A DNA stretch of 50,828 nt from Armatimonadota bacterium (lineage in GTDB: Bacteria; Armatimonadota; Fimbriimonadia; Fimbriimonadales; GBS-DC). The stretch's first letter is position 1. Every line of letters begins with the position of its first letter. The notes below the pieces were generated by a model, which made no database searches, was not told where the DNA came from, and was given only the letters and a program-made list of their open reading frames with translations. Positions 48,269 through 50,828 of the stretch are shown here, piece after piece. Position numbers and translations under genes: made by a program. The stretch is taken from contig JBBIML010000021.1 of assembly GCA_037444405.1 (NCBI GenBank), positions 1-50,828 on the forward strand, written 5' to 3'.

Positions 48269-48298
48269 GGCAATCCCTCTCTATAGATGGTACCCTCG

Positions 48299-48673
48299 CT
48301 ACCCTGTCACCATCCCTCTTGTCATCGAGCCGATGAGGGGGATTTCGTACCATTCGCCGTTGTAGGCGTAGATGGCAGCTAACAGCGGGATAATCAGGCT
48401 CAACAGGGCAGGCACAAGGGCGCAAATTATGCCAAGCCCACAGGTGATAACCGCGACGATAATCACCAGCACCCACAGCACCAACAGCGCCAGCTGGAAA
48501 AAGAGCTGTTGCAGCGCGTGGAACGACACGAATCGCGAGCGGTCACGATAGACCAGATAGATGACCAGCGGCGCGATATATTGCCCCAGTACCACCGCAT
48601 AGCCCAGAAAGCCCGACAGATGCGCCAGCATCGCCCAGAGGCGCTCATCCTGCGTCAAACCACCCTGTTCCAT
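48299..48673 (-). CDS. DUF4870 family membrane protein
   Basis: ERLWAMLAHLS, FVSFHALQ, AIYAYNGEWYEIP. Confidence 0.85.
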   Translation of the reverse strand: MEQGGLTQDERLWAMLAHLSGFLGYAVVLGQYIAPLVIYLVYRDRSRFVSFHALQQLFFQLALLVLWVLVIIVAVITCGLGIICALVPALLSLIIPLLAAIYAYNGEWYEIPLIGSMTRGMVTG

Positions 48674-50423
48674 CGTCCACCTCTATTGCATGGTTCGCCG
48701 TCCAGATGTCCTCTCCTGTTAGCAGTTCGTTGTAATCGTGCAGTCTCCAGCGCAGGGTCGGATAGCCGTAGTAGCTGTCCTCTTCGAGTTCGAACACCAC
48801 ATCGATTCGGGTGTGGGGTTCGAGCGGCTGGTCGCCCCCGCCCCACAGCACGGCGTCCAGCACGGGCGTGCCTTCGGGGCGGATTTTAAGGAACAGATGC
48901 TTGCCGTCGCGGCTGGTGCGGCTGCCAACCACCTGCACATCGCGGCACAGAAACAGAGGCGCCTCGTTGCCCACACCGAACGGCTCCAGCAGTTTCAGCT
49001 CACTCAACAGCCGTCCGTTCGCCTCATGCCCCTGCACCTGCAGGTCAATCCACAGCTCTGGCACCAGGTCCTCGTCGGTCAGCACGCGCTCGGCGGTCTC
49101 CAGCACCAGATGGCGCAGTTCGTCGAGCCGCTCCAGCGCGACCACAAACCCGCCTGCAGTGGGATGACCACCACACCGTTGGCAGACGGCTTTCATCGAG
49201 TTGAGCAGTAGCGTGAGATCGAAGGCGGGGATGCTGCGAATGGAGCCGCGCGCCAGCCCCGCCTCGTGTTCAAGGCTGACCACGAAGGTGGGGCGATAGA
49301 ACAGCTTCACAAGGTTGCTGGCGACCAGCCCGATAACGCCGTGATGCCAGCCGAGCGAGCGCACGAAGAGTGCCCGATGGCGCAGCAGACCCTCCTGCTC
49401 GATTTGCGCCAGCGCCTCGTCAAGAATCGCCTGCTGGAGCTGCTGACGCTGACGGTTATGGCGGTTCAACTCGTGGGCAAGCGTTCGCGCTGTGCCCTCA
49501 TCCTGTTCTATCAACAGCTGCAACGCGAGGCGGGCATCTTCCAGTCGTCCGGCGGCGTTCAGGCGCGGCGCAATCATGAAGCCGATATCGCGTGCCGTGA
49601 GGCGTCGCTTGTCCAGCCCTGCCACCTCGATCAGCTGTTTGAGTCCCACGCGCGGTGTGGTCATCAGCCGTTCCAGCCCGCACGCCACCACGATGCGGTT
49701 CTCGCCCAGCAGCGGCATCACATCGGCAACGGTGCCAATCGCGACCAGCTCCAGCACTGCCTGACGGAACTTATCGACGGAATAGCCCAGTGAGCGCACC
49801 AGCGCTTCCGCCACACGGAACGATACGCCCACACCGCTGAGATCGGCGAAGGGGTAGCGCGAATCGGGGCGATGGGGATTCACCACCGCCAGCGCGTTCG
49901 GCAGCGTGCTGTCAGGCTGATGATGGTCAGTAATCAGCACCTCCAGCCCGGCGGCGTTGAGCGCGTCGACGGCGTGATGGGCGCGCACGCCACAATCGCA
50001 GGTCAGCACCAGCTTTGCCCCGATCTGGCGCGCGGCTTCAATTGCGTTCGGGTGCAGGTCATAGCCCTCTTCGTGGCGGCGGGGCAACATCGGCTCCGCC
50101 GGCACGCCCAGCCGACGCAGCGTGAACAGCCACAGCGCCGTGGCGGTAACCCCGTCCGCATCATAGTCGCCGTAGACCAGCACGGGTTCCCGATTCCGAA
50201 ACGCCCGCACCAGCCGCTGGACAACCTTCTCGCAGTCGGGCAGGAGCAGCGGGTCCGCTAAATCACTCAGCGACGGATGGAGGAAACGGTAGGCGTCGGT
50301 GGGGTCGGCGTAGCCGCGCGCCACGAGCAGCTGCGCCAGCGGGCGACTGATGTTCAGCTCACGCTGAAGATGCTCCGCTGCTTTCGGGTCTGTCGGGCGT
50401 ATGCGCCAGCGGTATCTCGCCAT
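48645..50423 (-). CDS. recJ: Single-stranded-DNA-specific exonuclease RecJ
   Basis: GDYDADG, TCDCG, TDHH, GTVADVMPL, PRLNAAGR, GSIRS, GGH, LEPFGVGN. Confidence 0.95.
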   Translation of the reverse strand: MARYRWRIRPTDPKAAEHLQRELNISRPLAQLLVARGYADPTDAYRFLHPSLSDLADPLLLPDCEKVVQRLVRAFRNREPVLVYGDYDADGVTATALWLFTLRRLGVPAEPMLPRRHEEGYDLHPNAIEAARQIGAKLVLTCDCGVRAHHAVDALNAAGLEVLITDHHQPDSTLPNALAVVNPHRPDSRYPFADLSGVGVSFRVAEALVRSLGYSVDKFRQAVLELVAIGTVADVMPLLGENRIVVACGLERLMTTPRVGLKQLIEVAGLDKRRLTARDIGFMIAPRLNAAGRLEDARLALQLLIEQDEGTARTLAHELNRHNRQRQQLQQAILDEALAQIEQEGLLRHRALFVRSLGWHHGVIGLVASNLVKLFYRPTFVVSLEHEAGLARGSIRSIPAFDLTLLLNSMKAVCQRCGGHPTAGGFVVALERLDELRHLVLETAERVLTDEDLVPELWIDLQVQGHEANGRLLSELKLLEPFGVGNEAPLFLCRDVQVVGSRTSRDGKHLFLKIRPEGTPVLDAVLWGGGDQPLEPHTRIDVVFELEEDSYYGYPTLRWRLHDYNELLTGEDIWTANHAIEVDDGTGWFDAG

Positions 50424-50564
50424 CCATCCCTCCTGATGGCGCGATTATACCCTGCTCACAAAATGCGCCCGTGCCCTTCGCCAGCAGACTGCGAAGAATG
50501 TATAGTCAGGTATAGTCTATCGAACCAAATCCTCATCCTGATATCCATTCCCTGCCATTAGCCA

Positions 50565-50828
50565 TTATTTCGCCTCCCATCTATAGACCGCTGCAGGCAC
50601 AGGCGAATATGCACCACTGGCACCCGACTTTGCCATCAGGCCCCCACGCCAGCTCCAGTGTTTATACTCCATCCCTGTGCTGGATGTCTGGGCGTACATC
50701 GCACCACCGTACCCGTAGTATACCCACTCATGTTGAGAGAGCAGACACAACCTGCGCGAAGTTCTCTATCCTCATCATTGCTTGATGTTGCTGTCAAGAT
50801 TTCTAACGATATACATGTGCCAAACAAT
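50565..50828 (-). pseudogene. Possible decayed Rhs/YD-repeat fragment (runs off the window edge)
   Basis: EWVYYGYGGAMY...EYKHWSWRG.L.AKS resembles the region preceding Rhs cores; early stop; lower GC. Confidence 0.3.

Noticed and set aside
1..50828. tRNA, rRNA or known riboswitch
   Set aside because: None recognised by eye in the intergenic regions; a covariance-model search would be needed to exclude them

Overview
GC-rich bacterial chromosomal window. The C-terminal 'GDVNGD..VDDADLL.VLF.FG' domains and the gene content suggest Armatimonadota (inference only). Most of it is housekeeping: rfbA-like, rimI, corA, trpA, dsbD, galE, ridA, polA, gpsA, queA, rnj, glnE, recJ. Interspersed are secreted or membrane proteins: a lipoprotein serpin, a 14-repeat WD40 protein, dockerin-like-domain proteins, a metzincin protease, and a lipoprotein plus beta-barrel-like pair. 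Main points of interest: (1) a compact three-gene membrane operon (vWA/MIDAS, coiled-coil TM protein, YfaP-like-domain TM protein) of unknown function; (2) an orphan 2-repeat/1-spacer CRISPR mini-array just upstream of polA, with no cas genes in the window; (3) a palindromic REP/REPIN-like family, one copy of which sits in frame inside glnE; (4) an aldehyde-dehydrogenase homologue lacking the catalytic Cys; (5) recurrent GG-TANNNT boxes a few nt from start codons, suggesting leaderless and compact bidirectional promoters. An IS481-like remnant, a vapBC-type TA module and a possible Rhs remnant are also present. All family calls come from motifs read by eye; no searches were run.
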